Shown here: piece by piece, positions 1 through 9,892 of the stretch | How positions within the stretch are numbered: position 1 is the first letter of the stretch | Layout of the letters: every line of letters begins with the position of its first letter | Assembly: GCA_964291405.2 (NCBI GenBank) | Contig: OZ219926.1 | Location: 2,688,001 to 2,752,000 of the forward strand | Direction: 5' to 3' | Source of the DNA: Thermodesulfobacteriota bacterium | GTDB taxonomy: Bacteria; Desulfobacterota; Binatia; Bin18 | Length of the DNA: 64,000 nucleotides | Position numbers and translations under genes: made by a program | Notes under the pieces: model-generated | What the model was told of the DNA's origin: nothing | The model's database searches: none | What the model saw: the letters and a program-made list of their open reading frames with translations, nothing else

Positions 1-2
1 CG

Positions 3-257
3 ACCACGCTGTTAGACTACCATATCCCATCCTCTCTCGATCTCCCGCATATCGAAACCATCGAACACAACGTTCCCTCCCCCCACACACCGTTAGGCTC
101 CAAGGGAAAAGGCGAGGGCACACCCGGTATGGTGCCGGCTGCGGTGGCGAATGCGATCGAGGACGCCTTGCAACCCCTGGGTGTCAAAATCACGGACCTG
201 CCCCTCACCCCAGAGCGAATTTGGAAGCTGATTCAGGCGGTGCAATCAAAAGAATAA
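3..257 (+). CDS. Xanthine dehydrogenase/CoxL-family molybdopterin-binding subunit, C-terminal fragment (runs off window start)
   Basis: Manual translation of frame 3: TTLLDYHIPSSLDLPHIE...PLGSKGKGEG...AAVANAIEDAL...DLPLTPERIW, a typical molybdo-hydroxylase large-subunit C-terminus; stop TAA 255-257. Confidence 0.85.
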   Translation, partial: TTLLDYHIPSSLDLPHIETIEHNVPSPHTPLGSKGKGEGTPGMVPAAVANAIEDALQPLGVKITDLPLTPERIWKLIQAVQSKE

Positions 258-341
258 GGCGCGGGAAGACCTCGTCGTTACTTCTCGGGAAAACAGAGAG
301 CCTCAGACACAGGTCGTCCAGAAGACGAAGGAGGGATAAGT

Positions 342-1106
342 ATGGCATCACTGACTGGGAGAGTCGCTATCGTGACCGGGGCGGCGCGGGGCATTGGCCA
401 GGAGTACTGCTGTGCCTTTGCGCGAGAGGGAGCCCGGGTGGTCGCAACCGACGTCCTGTCGTGCGAGGAGACCGTCGCCAGAGTCCATGACTCGGGGGGA
501 GAGGTGGTGGAGGTGACCACTGATGTCACGAGCGCCCAGAGCACCGAAGCCATGGCCGCCGAGGCGCTCGAACGTTTTGGCCGGATCGATATCCTGGTCA
601 ATAATGCCGCCCTGTATGGGGGGATGTGGGTCGGCCCGTTCGATCAGATCTCAGAGGCCGACTGGGATCGGATGATGGAGGTGAACGTCAAAGGCATCTG
701 GCTGTGTTGTAAGGCGGTCGTGCCGACGATGAAGGAACAGGGCAAGGGTAAGATCATTAATGTTTCGTCGAGTACGATCTGGGCCGGCGACCCGTTTGCT
801 CTGCATTACGTCGCCTCAAAGGGGGCGGTGTTTTCCCTCACGCGTGCGCTGGCGAGAGAACTCGCCGGAACGGGGATTAATGTCAACGCCATCACCCCCG
901 GCCACACGATGACCGAAGCGAGCAAGACGATTCTCGACCCCGAAACCTTTGAGCGGTTCCGGCGGCAATCGGTCAAGCGGCAGATTATCAAGCGCAACGA
1001 AGAGCCGGAGGACGTGGCGGGGACGGTTCTCTTTTTAGCGTCGGATGCGAGTGACTTTATGAGCGGACAAACGCTCAATATCGATGGCGGGCGGTGCCAT
1101 TACTAA
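342..1106 (+). CDS. Short-chain dehydrogenase/reductase (SDR)
   Basis: TGAARGIG, NNA and YVASK motifs. Confidence 0.93.
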   Translation: MASLTGRVAIVTGAARGIGQEYCCAFAREGARVVATDVLSCEETVARVHDSGGEVVEVTTDVTSAQSTEAMAAEALERFGRIDILVNNAALYGGMWVGPFDQISEADWDRMMEVNVKGIWLCCKAVVPTMKEQGKGKIINVSSSTIWAGDPFALHYVASKGAVFSLTRALARELAGTGINVNAITPGHTMTEASKTILDPETFERFRRQSVKRQIIKRNEEPEDVAGTVLFLASDASDFMSGQTLNIDGGRCHY

Positions 1107-1150
1107 CGACTGGGTAGAACCGGAGAAGAAATAGGCTTTTTTCTTCCGCC

Positions 1151-1711
1151 TTACATCTTGACCTGCACCGTCACTCCGGTCCGGGCGACTAGATTCTTTT
1201 TATCAAGGTCCGGTCCGTGCGCTTCCCCATCAACGACATTATCGGGCATGAGATTCTGCGTGGTCTCCCGGCGCAGGATAACGATTACATTTGACTGATC
1301 GACCAGGGCAAACGGAAACTCGTGCCAGGTTCCGACCTTCATCGTAAAGCCGGACGAGCCGTCGAACAGGAGCGCCCGGGCCTGTCCGAGGTCCGGCAGA
1401 TCGCCCTCGGTTGGTGGGGCAAGGACAACGACGAAGGGTTTCCCCTCAAGCGGAATGAAGGTCTGCGTATGCTTGAAATGGCGCTCCATCCACTGGACCT
1501 GCATCTCGCGGCGGTCAACGCTGGCCAGGGTGAGCATGGTCTCTTCATCAGACTCGAACGTTACCGGAGCGTAGACGCTGACCTTGCCGTCGTAAAAGGC
1601 GACCGGCAGCGGCTTGGCCTGCTCATGGATGCCGAGCAATTGTCCGAATGGCGCAACCGTTTCAGGGGTGGCCTGTTCTACGGGAATTTCATGGATGGTT
1701 GGGGCTGTCAT
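1151..1711 (-). CDS. Ureidoglycolate lyase (AllA)-like cupin protein
   Basis: MERHFKHTQTFIPL and GTWH motifs. Confidence 0.8.
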   Translation of the reverse strand: MTAPTIHEIPVEQATPETVAPFGQLLGIHEQAKPLPVAFYDGKVSVYAPVTFESDEETMLTLASVDRREMQVQWMERHFKHTQTFIPLEGKPFVVVLAPPTEGDLPDLGQARALLFDGSSGFTMKVGTWHEFPFALVDQSNVIVILRRETTQNLMPDNVVDGEAHGPDLDKKNLVARTGVTVQVKM

Positions 1712-1833
1712 ACGAGACCCTCCTTTGTGGGGATTGTGCCAAGCCCGAAGCCATTCGACAACCTGGCATATCCTAGTGCTCTCTTCAGGGAATAGATATG
1801 CTCTGTTCAGCCTAACGAGAAGAAGAGGATATC

Positions 1834-2505
1834 ATGGCCGCGACCGATCTGTTTGACATCATGTATTCCTGCCGCAGCATGCGCCGCCTCAGGACCGACC
1901 CGGTTCCATTAGAACTGATTTACAAGGTGATTGAAGCTGGTACTCAAGGGCCGAGTGGGGGCGGGGTCCAGGCCTGGCGCTTTGTGGTAGTCACAGAACG
2001 GCGGGTAAAAGAACAGATTGCCGAGATCTATCTACACGGCTGGCGCATGGCGGAAACCAATTATGCCAAAGCCGGACTCACGCCAGAGAACAGCAAAAAC
2101 GTTCGTGCTGCCGCTTATCTGGCCGAGCACCTGGCTGAGGCGCCGGTCCTGCTTATCCCCTGTCTCCGCTCACGCAAGAGTCATGAGGCCCGTCTCAACG
2201 GACCGAACAGAGAAACCTTTCTGCGGATTCTGGGCGGGAGTATCTATCCCGCGATTCAGAATATCCTGCTGGCGTGCCGGGCCCTTGGTCTCGGTGCCTC
2301 ACTCACGACGATTACGACGTTGTATGAGGATGAGATGCGGAAAATTCTCGACCTGCCCGAATTTATTACAACGTACGCGCTCATTCCAATTGGCTATCCC
2401 AAAGGCAAATTCGGGCCAGTGACCCGACGCCCGGTCGAAGAGGTGACCTGGCTGAATCGATATGGGGAGGCGTTCCCACAACTCCCCGCTGTGGAAAACG
2501 CATAG
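1834..2505 (+). CDS. Nitroreductase family protein
   Basis: RSMRR..DPVP, GPSGG..QAWRFVVV, QNILLACRALGLG, IPIGYP. Confidence 0.9.
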   Translation: MAATDLFDIMYSCRSMRRLRTDPVPLELIYKVIEAGTQGPSGGGVQAWRFVVVTERRVKEQIAEIYLHGWRMAETNYAKAGLTPENSKNVRAAAYLAEHLAEAPVLLIPCLRSRKSHEARLNGPNRETFLRILGGSIYPAIQNILLACRALGLGASLTTITTLYEDEMRKILDLPEFITTYALIPIGYPKGKFGPVTRRPVEEVTWLNRYGEAFPQLPAVENA

Positions 2506-2513
2506 GGGATTGG

Positions 2514-2538
2514 GTAGGGCAGCCCTGTACGGCTGTCC
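2514..2538 (+). repeat. GTAG-type REP-like hairpin between convergent genes
   Basis: GTA-GGGCAGCC-ctgtac-GGCTGTCC, GTAG overlapping the stem start. Confidence 0.4.
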
Positions 2539-2544
2539 CTCTGC

Positions 2545-3048
2545 CTAATCCTGCTTCAACTCGGGAAAAAGATCGCGCTTGGGGACATGCGCCTGTTTCC
2601 AGACCATCACGTTACGCGTGTACTGACACACCAAGGTGCCGTCTTGTTTGACCCCTCGGGTCTCAACTTTGATGATTCCCCACTGTGGCTTGGACTTGGA
2701 TTCGCGCTTCTCCAGGACTTCCGACTCGGAATACAGCGTATCACCGGCAAATACCGGATTCGGGAGGGTGACATTGTCCCAGCCCAGGTTAAAACCGTTC
2801 TCACTCACATCGGCGACACCGAGCCCAGCAACAATCGCCAGGGTGAGCCCGCTGTTAATCAGGCATTGGCCGAATTCGGTCTGTTTGCCGTATTCGTTAT
2901 TAAAATGAATTTGATTGGTGTTACAGGTCAGCAGGGTGAACCAGGTATTATCCGTCTCGGTCACCGTACGCCCCAAGCGACAGCGATAGACATCCCCGAT
3001 TTCAAAGTCTTCGTAGCATCGTCCTTCCCAGCCAGGTTTGACCGCCAT
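2545..3048 (-). CDS. MaoC-family (R)-hydratase/dehydratase
   Basis: GRCYEDFEIGD, GRTVTETDN, NPVFAGDTLY; start set at ATG 3048 behind a GGAGG RBS. Confidence 0.88.
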   Translation of the reverse strand: MAVKPGWEGRCYEDFEIGDVYRCRLGRTVTETDNTWFTLLTCNTNQIHFNNEYGKQTEFGQCLINSGLTLAIVAGLGVADVSENGFNLGWDNVTLPNPVFAGDTLYSESEVLEKRESKSKPQWGIIKVETRGVKQDGTLVCQYTRNVMVWKQAHVPKRDLFPELKQD

Positions 3049-3169
3049 AAGAACCTCCTTACATAGTCTGGTGTGGGTCGCAGTGTACCACAGGACCTCT
3101 GCCTGGAGGAGTATGGGACGGGAGGCCACCAATGGCCCAGGGCTATCCTTCTGAGTAAGGGAGCGCCTC

Positions 3170-3643
3170 TCACCAGTAGTGTGCCTTTGGCTTCGGAGTC
3201 TGCTCGGCGGGAGGCGTCTCCTCTTCTTCTTCAAGGACGGCTGAGACAAGAGTGAGCCGACCACTCATTTGGTAGAAAAATCCGGCAAGCAGGACGGGTT
3301 TCCGAATATGCTCTTCGGTCAGGAGCGGAGCTAAAACCTCTGCATTGAGGATACGCAGATTCGGTTTGTGCCGGCGCATATTTCGGAGTATGGAAAGCTC
3401 GCTTTGTGTCCGGCTCGTGGTGCGGAATTCATCGACCTGAAGATAGACCTCCTCTTCTTTGGAAATCCCGAAAGCCAGGAGGTCGTCATGTCTGCCAGGC
3501 TCACCGGTCGGCACGAAATAGAGCTTCCCGCTGAGGCGGACTGGCAGCGGAGGACCTTCGGCGCCAGACGCTGACGGGAGGACAAGTAAAAGGGCAAACA
3601 CCCAGACCAGGAGGCTGAGGTGTTTGAGGTATTGCCTGAACAT
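3170..3643 (-). CDS. Hypothetical exported protein
   Basis: Signal-peptide-like hydrophobic N-terminus; follows the two-component genes. Confidence 0.6.
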   Translation of the reverse strand: MFRQYLKHLSLLVWVFALLLVLPSASGAEGPPLPVRLSGKLYFVPTGEPGRHDDLLAFGISKEEEVYLQVDEFRTTSRTQSELSILRNMRRHKPNLRILNAEVLAPLLTEEHIRKPVLLAGFFYQMSGRLTLVSAVLEEEEETPPAEQTPKPKAHYW

Positions 3644-3695
3644 TGGACGCCTATCCTCTGATTGTCTGATACGCCTCCCCGTTGCCTCACTCTCT

Positions 3696-5180
3696 CTAGT
3701 CGTTTCCCGGCTTGGGCTCCTCCTGGCAGGGAGAGAGGACAGGCTGCTGCATCGAAATCAGCGGCAGTCGGACAGTGAAACAGCTTCCTTGCCCTCCGCG
3801 GCTCTCGACACTGATCTGCCCCCCATGCGCGAGCACAATTGAGCGGGCTAATGCCAGGCCGAGGCCGGTCCCTCCGCGGCTCTGGGCCGGGTCAGCGCGA
3901 TAAAAGCGATCAAAGATGTGAGGCCGCTCCTCGGCGGCAATACCGGCTCCGGTGTCTCTGACCGACAGATACGCCTCCGTCCCCTGTGGTTCCAGGGTCA
4001 GTGTCACAGTCCCGCCCTCCGGTGTGTATTTAATCGCATTCTCACCCAGGTTGAACAGAAGCCGGAACAGCATGGTTTTGCTGCCCCGCGTCCAGAGTTC
4101 GGTGGGCGCGTCATGCCTGAAGGTGATATGCGCCGTCTCGGCCAGCGCGTCCAACGCCACACAAACGTTGCGCAGGACTGCTGCCAGATCGACCGGCGTA
4201 CGCGCGATGCTCATATTGCCGCTGTCAGAGCGGGCCAGAAAGAGCAGGTCCGTGACGAGCGTGCTAAGGCGGTCAACTTCTTCAAGACAGCTGACCAGGA
4301 CGGAGCGATATTCCTCCGGTGTCGGGGGAGAACGGAGCGCAACCTCAAGCTCACCTTTTAAGATCGTGAGCGGGGTGCGCAGTTCATGAGCGGCATCTGC
4401 GCTAAAGTGCTTGACGGCAGCAAACGCACGTTCCAGTCGCTCCAGCATGGCGTTTAAGACGGCGGCCAGACGGCCGAGCTCATCCGTGCTATCCGCGGCC
4501 TCGATCCGGCGCGAGAGGTCTTCCGCCTCTATTGCCCGGGCCGTATCGACCATCGCATCCACGGGGGCTAGGGCACGTCGTGCCAGAAACCAGCCGCCCA
4601 CCCCAGATCCCCCGAGCGCCAGCGGGATCAGACCCAAGAGAATCAAGAGAAACCGGGAACGGGCCGCGTCCGCACTCTCAAGGGGCATGGCGACCTGAAC
4701 GAGATGAATCATCCGGCCACGTTCGATAACGGGCAGCGTCAGCAGCCGGACCGGTATTCCCTCCCTATCCCCCCCCTGAGGAGGGAGTAAGGTGATGGTC
4801 TGATAGGTTTCCCGGCCGTGCCGGGCGTTCAACTGCGCTTCCGGGCTGAGTGGGAATTGCATGCGCGGACGCGGCACAACGCGGGGGTCCGGACGACCGA
4901 ACGGATCGAGTAGACGAAAGAACCGAGAGGCCGGTCCAGGACCGAACGGACCGAGCAGCGCGTCCAAAGCCGCCCCGAAATCACGTCCCGGTGACGGGGG
5001 ACGCCGAACTGAATCGGCAATGGACACGGCGACCGATTTCAGCGAGGCGTCAATGTTGTCGCGCAACCCCCGGTCGAGGAGGATGAGGGACGCCGTCCCA
5101 AGGAGGACTAACATCCCGGTCAGCAGAGCCGTATACCACAGCGTCAGGCGGGCTCGCAGACTGGAAAAGAGTAAGCGCAT
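3696..5180 (-). CDS. Sensor histidine kinase (CusS/heavy-metal-sensor-like, HAMP-HisKA-HATPase)
   Basis: Two TM segments, AAHELRTPL H-box, NAIKY, DTGAGI, GTGLGL. Confidence 0.93.
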   Translation of the reverse strand: MRLLFSSLRARLTLWYTALLTGMLVLLGTASLILLDRGLRDNIDASLKSVAVSIADSVRRPPSPGRDFGAALDALLGPFGPGPASRFFRLLDPFGRPDPRVVPRPRMQFPLSPEAQLNARHGRETYQTITLLPPQGGDREGIPVRLLTLPVIERGRMIHLVQVAMPLESADAARSRFLLILLGLIPLALGGSGVGGWFLARRALAPVDAMVDTARAIEAEDLSRRIEAADSTDELGRLAAVLNAMLERLERAFAAVKHFSADAAHELRTPLTILKGELEVALRSPPTPEEYRSVLVSCLEEVDRLSTLVTDLLFLARSDSGNMSIARTPVDLAAVLRNVCVALDALAETAHITFRHDAPTELWTRGSKTMLFRLLFNLGENAIKYTPEGGTVTLTLEPQGTEAYLSVRDTGAGIAAEERPHIFDRFYRADPAQSRGGTGLGLALARSIVLAHGGQISVESRGGQGSCFTVRLPLISMQQPVLSPCQEEPKPGND

Positions 5181-5857
5181 TATCCCTCAGGTTCCTTTAT
5201 GGCATAGCCCACCCCGCGCACGGTATGGATCAGTTTGGTGGGGAACCCTACATCAATCTTTTTTCTGAGATAATTGACATACACGTCAATCACATTGGTA
5301 AAGGTGTCGAAATCCACGCCCCACACATGCTGTGCGATAAGGGCGCGGCTGAGCACGCGCCCAGGGTGGCGTAAAAAGAATTCGAGCAGGGAGAATTCTT
5401 TTGCGGTCAGTTCAATCCGGGTTCCCGCGCGTGTGACCTCGCGCGAAACCAGGTCGAGCTCCAAGTCCGCTACGCTCAAGGTGGAGAGAGACAAGGAGCT
5501 GCCCCGGCGCAGTAAGACGCGAATCCGGGCGAGTAGTTCTTCAAAGGCAAACGGTTTTGTCAGATAGTCATCCGCGCCTCGATCCAACCCGGTGACTTTA
5601 TCCGCAACCGTATCACGCGCGGTGAGCATCAGAACCGGAACGTAGAGCTTGTGCCGCCGCATCTCCTGGAGGACGCTCAATCCATCCCGCTTGGGCAGCA
5701 TCACGTCCAGAATGACCAGATCGTACTCGTGGCCGAACGCTTGGGTCAGTCCAGCCTCGCCGTCCGGGGCGATATCAACGCTATAGCCTTCGGCCTCAAG
5801 ACCGCGGCGGATAAAACTGGCGACCTTTGCTTCGTCTTCAATGACAAGGATACGCAT
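5180..5857 (-). CDS. OmpR-family response regulator (CusR-like)
   Basis: MRILVIEDE, LDVMLP, GADDYLTKPF, IHTVRGVGY. Confidence 0.95.
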   Translation of the reverse strand: MRILVIEDEAKVASFIRRGLEAEGYSVDIAPDGEAGLTQAFGHEYDLVILDVMLPKRDGLSVLQEMRRHKLYVPVLMLTARDTVADKVTGLDRGADDYLTKPFAFEELLARIRVLLRRGSSLSLSTLSVADLELDLVSREVTRAGTRIELTAKEFSLLEFFLRHPGRVLSRALIAQHVWGVDFDTFTNVIDVYVNYLRKKIDVGFPTKLIHTVRGVGYAIKEPEG

Positions 5858-5976
5858 GTCTCTCGGCTGCCTCAGGTTCACGAACAGCGTGAATGGGCGT
5901 ATTGTAGCAGACACCGAGGGAATCACAGACCCATGTCGAGCTGCTTGCTCAGCTCTCTTTGACTGACTATGTGTGA

Positions 5977-6294
5977 GTGTATATGCCTATAGGACGCCCG
6001 AGCCTGTCCCCTCTTCACATTCTGAAACTCGTCCGGCGGCTGCCCCAGTTTGCAAAGCTGTTCTGGCGGCTGTTTCGAGACCGGCGGGTGCCGCTCCGGG
6101 CCAAGGTTGTGCTGATCGGAGCACTGGTCTATATGCTGCTGCCTATGGACTTACTGCCAGATATTCTGCCTTTTGTCGGCATTGCCGACGATATTACCGT
6201 CCTGTTACTTGCCGGTCGCTGGTTCCTTTCCCTGTGTCCACCTGACGTGGTACAGGAGCAGGTGAGAGCATTGAGTGAGGAAGCCGCTGGTTAA
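5977..6294 (+). CDS. DUF1232/YkvA family membrane protein
   Basis: DRRVPLRAK...YMLLPMDLLPD.LPFVGIADD. Confidence 0.85.
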   Translation: MYMPIGRPSLSPLHILKLVRRLPQFAKLFWRLFRDRRVPLRAKVVLIGALVYMLLPMDLLPDILPFVGIADDITVLLLAGRWFLSLCPPDVVQEQVRALSEEAAG

Positions 6295-6313
6295 TGACTG
6301 TTTGTCTTGTCAA

Positions 6314-6365
6314 CAGAAGTATCGAGAATGACCTCTGATTGGATTGAAGATTCTCGATACTTCTG
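6314..6365. repeat. Perfect 16-bp inverted repeat with 20-nt loop upstream of the gamma-glutamyltransferase RBS
   Basis: CAGAAGTATCGAGAAT-N20-ATTCTCGATACTTCTG. Confidence 0.85.
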
Positions 6366-6377
6366 AAGGAGTGATCT

Positions 6378-8129
6378 ATGGCCTATCGCCCGACTCTGAT
6401 GAGTACGCGAGGGATGATTTCGACCGAACACTATCTATCCGCCGAAGCCGGCATGCACATTCTCCGTTCTGGGGGTAACGCGTTTGATGCGGCCGTTGCC
6501 GCGGCGTTGGCCGAAGGCGTACTCAACCCCCATATGCATACGTTTGGGGGCGAACTGTCCGCGCTCGCCTATAGTGCGACGGACAAGAAAGTCTTCTCGA
6601 TTAACGGCAATACCGTTGCGCCCAAAGCGGCAACGCTTGAATGGTTTCAGCAGCAGGGTATGACCCTCATTCCAGGCAGCGGCGCCCTGGCTGCCGGGCC
6701 GTGTGCGGCCCCGGACGCTTTCATTTCTGCGCTACAGCGCTTTGGGACGTGCAGCTTTGCCCAAGTGGTCGCACCCGCGCTGGAACTGGCTGAGAACGGT
6801 TTTCCCATGCACTGGGCCCTCCGTGGCCCGGCGCCGGCCTATCTGAATATGGACTTTTCGATTGCCGGGAACGCCGAGCATTTCAGGAAACACTGGCCGT
6901 CTTCAGCCAAGGTCTATCTGCCGGACGGACACCTGCCCGATGTCGGTCAAATCATGACGAACCCAGATTTGGCCCGGACATTTCGATGTCTGATGGCGGC
7001 AGAAGAACGGGCCGGTGGTGACCGCCTCGACGGTCTCGCAGCCGCCCGGGCCGAGTTTTATGAAGGGTCTGTCGCTCAGACCATAGCGGTCCATGCGAAA
7101 GCACAGGGTGGGCTTCTGAGCGCGGAAGACCTGGCCGACTTTCATATTCAGATCGAAGAGCCGACAACCCTCAACTACCGTGGTTATGATGTCTACAAAT
7201 GTGGCCCCTGGAGCCAAGGCCCGGTGTTTCTGCAGCAACTGGCCTTGCTTGAAGGGTTTGATCTCAGGGCGATGGGCCTGAATAGTGCGGATTATATTCA
7301 TACGGTCACAGAAGCGGCCAAGCTTGCCTTTGCCGACCGTGAACAATACTACGGAGATCCGAATTTTACCGATGTTCCACTAGAGAGGCTCCTCTCCAAA
7401 GACTATGCGTCCGGCCGGCGTGAGCTGATCGACAACGGACAGGCGTCGCTTGACCAGCGACCAGGGAATCCGCGGACAGGCGCCGCGTTACTCGAAGGGG
7501 AAGATATCTTTGCGGCCCGGAATTGGGGTCCAGGCACCGTCTATGTGGCGGTGATCGATAAAGAGCGGAATATGGCTTCTTTTACCCCGAGCGGGGCCTG
7601 GATTCCGTCCTCTCCGGTAATAGACGGCCTCGGCTTCCCCTTGGGGACCCGAGTGCAGACCTTCTTCCTGGATGCAAAGCATCCGAACGCCTTGGTACCG
7701 GGGAAACGTCCGCGTACTACCCTGACGCCGACCCTGGTCATGCGAGACGGAAACCCCTGTATGGTTTTTGGTACGCCGGGCGGAGACCAGCAGGATCAGT
7801 GGACGCTCCAGTTCTTTCTGGCTGTGGCTGATCTTGAAATGGAAGTACAGGATGCCATAGAAGCTCCCCGATTTTCGACCTCCCACTTCCCGAGCAGTTT
7901 CTATCCGCATAATTGTGTTCCCGGTCTGCTCCGAGTTGAAGAGCGAATTCCTGAAGAGGTCCAACGTGAACTCAAAGCTCGCGGGCATAGGCTCCAGGTC
8001 AACCCGGCATGGAGCGAGGGAGACGTGCTGGGCATCCGCATTGATGCCAAGTCTGGCACGCTGTACGGCGGAGCGGATATACGTGGGGAACAGAGCAAAC
8101 GTATGCCGTCACATATCATTGGCTGGTAA
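6378..8129 (+). CDS. ggt: Gamma-glutamyltransferase family (Ntn hydrolase)
   Basis: GGNAFDAAVA, KLAFADRE.YYGDP, PGKRPRTTLTP, FGTPGGDQQDQW. Confidence 0.92.
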   Translation: MAYRPTLMSTRGMISTEHYLSAEAGMHILRSGGNAFDAAVAAALAEGVLNPHMHTFGGELSALAYSATDKKVFSINGNTVAPKAATLEWFQQQGMTLIPGSGALAAGPCAAPDAFISALQRFGTCSFAQVVAPALELAENGFPMHWALRGPAPAYLNMDFSIAGNAEHFRKHWPSSAKVYLPDGHLPDVGQIMTNPDLARTFRCLMAAEERAGGDRLDGLAAARAEFYEGSVAQTIAVHAKAQGGLLSAEDLADFHIQIEEPTTLNYRGYDVYKCGPWSQGPVFLQQLALLEGFDLRAMGLNSADYIHTVTEAAKLAFADREQYYGDPNFTDVPLERLLSKDYASGRRELIDNGQASLDQRPGNPRTGAALLEGEDIFAARNWGPGTVYVAVIDKERNMASFTPSGAWIPSSPVIDGLGFPLGTRVQTFFLDAKHPNALVPGKRPRTTLTPTLVMRDGNPCMVFGTPGGDQQDQWTLQFFLAVADLEMEVQDAIEAPRFSTSHFPSSFYPHNCVPGLLRVEERIPEEVQRELKARGHRLQVNPAWSEGDVLGIRIDAKSGTLYGGADIRGEQSKRMPSHIIGW

Positions 8130-8530
8130 GGTTTTCCGTGGGTGGTGGGATGTTTTCTTTACTTTCCTATCGTTTGCGTCCATCTCTATTAGAATAACTA
8201 AAATTAAATTTTAGACCTTGACTCTCAATGTGAGGGTGCTAGGTAGGAAAGAGTAGTGTGTGGAAGGCCGTGGCGAGGGTAACGTCGTCCACACACTGAT
8301 AGAGAGGAGGACAGCTGCTCTATATGCCAACTCGGGAGCAACATCTCAGCTCCGTTCCTCTCAGCCGAACGATTCGGTTTTTTCCATCCACACAATCCTC
8401 CCGTTTAGATACGATTTCCTCTATCAAAACTGCTGACGTATCTCCTCTTTTAGAGCCACGTCCGCCTCCAACCGGTAACACTCTGAGGTAGGCCTTTTTC
8501 GTGAACCCAAAGAGTTGGAGGAGTAGAAGT

Positions 8531-8881
8531 ATGCAACTTCCAGTGCAAATCGTCTCTCGCGACCTGCATCTTTCCAGACACCTAGAGACAACCATTCATG
8601 AGAAGGCCGGCAAGCTTGATACCTTTTATAGCCGCATTACTCGCTGCCAAGTCGTTATTGAATCCCAGACCCATCATCACTGGAAGAGTCAATCCTACAA
8701 GGTTCGGATCGACCTGAGCGTTCCTGGTGCTGAACTGGTCGTCAACCACCATGAAAACCAGGATTTAAAAGTCGCTATTCGAGATGCCTTTGATGCGGCC
8801 AAACGTCAGTTGCAAAACTATGCCCACCAACAACGCGGCGATGTGAAAGCGCATTCCGCAACGGTGGAGGCGTGGCATTAG
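8531..8881 (+). CDS. HPF/RaiA ribosome-associated protein
   Basis: MQLPVQI...KLDTFYSRITRCQV...VRIDLSVPG...AIRDAFDAAKRQL; GGAGG RBS. Confidence 0.88.
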   Translation: MQLPVQIVSRDLHLSRHLETTIHEKAGKLDTFYSRITRCQVVIESQTHHHWKSQSYKVRIDLSVPGAELVVNHHENQDLKVAIRDAFDAAKRQLQNYAHQQRGDVKAHSATVEAWH

Positions 8882-8926
8882 AACGAATGATAGGCCGTTC
8901 CTGTTTCCTGAAGGAAAGGACAAGCT

Positions 8927-9838
8927 ATGGCTGAGGGATTTCGCAAGATTGTGTGTCCTGTCTATTTGGATGAAACATCGCCCCAGACGCTCTCGTATGC
9001 GCGACACTTCGCCCAACTCGGAGATGGGACCATCTACCTCCTTCATGTCGTACCCACCGATGAGTTGCATCTCCTGCGCAAGGTCTATCAGCCGGACAAA
9101 AGCGGTGGGGCAGATATCAGTACGGCAGAACGCGTTGCCCGGGAACAGTTAGAGGAGATTGCTCAGGAACATTTCAGCGACACCAACCATGCCATTCTGA
9201 CTCAATTCAATAGCAATCCGGCTGCTGGAATTCTGGAAGCCCAAAAAGAAGTAGGCGCTGACCTTGTGGTGATGTCCTCGCACGGTCGAACCGGATTTGC
9301 CCATCTCGTTCTGGGTAGTGTTGCCGAAAGGGTCGTACGGGAGGCCGTCTGCCCAGTCTTGACCATTCGTCAAGGAGATGAAGAAGTCACCACCTCTGCA
9401 TTCCAGAATATCCTTGTTCCGGTTGACATTGCCGACCGGTCGGCGACTGCCCTCATCTGCGCCAGGCAAATTGCGGCACAGCATGGGGGAACCGTCTATC
9501 CACTCCACGTTGTTCCAACCGAAGACATCTACCTCCAGCGCGATGTCTACCGGCTTCAGGAAGGAGAGGGAACGAATCTTGTACTGGCAGAAAAGGTGGC
9601 CAAAGAGCGCTTAGCGGAAGTCTCACAGACCTATCTTGAGGGCGTCCGGTACGAACCGGTTGTCCATGTGAGTAGTGATCCGGCCCGCACTTTTCTTGAA
9701 ATGGAAAAGGAAGTTGGCGCGGATTTACTGGTGATGGCGACCCATGGGTTCACCGGTCTGTTTCACCTTTTGCTCGGTAGTCTGACCGAAAAAATGATGC
9801 GTGAAGCAGGCTGCCCGGTCTTAGCTCTTCACCAGTAG
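8927..9838 (+). CDS. Tandem-domain universal stress protein
   Basis: Two USP domains (ADLVVMSSHGRTG...LGSVAERVVR; ADLLVMATHG...LGSLTEKMMR). Confidence 0.92.
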   Translation: MAEGFRKIVCPVYLDETSPQTLSYARHFAQLGDGTIYLLHVVPTDELHLLRKVYQPDKSGGADISTAERVAREQLEEIAQEHFSDTNHAILTQFNSNPAAGILEAQKEVGADLVVMSSHGRTGFAHLVLGSVAERVVREAVCPVLTIRQGDEEVTTSAFQNILVPVDIADRSATALICARQIAAQHGGTVYPLHVVPTEDIYLQRDVYRLQEGEGTNLVLAEKVAKERLAEVSQTYLEGVRYEPVVHVSSDPARTFLEMEKEVGADLLVMATHGFTGLFHLLLGSLTEKMMREAGCPVLALHQ

Positions 9839-9892
9839 CAGAAAGAAGGAGCGACGGAGTCTGATCCACAACACAAGAGAAGGGGCACTCTG

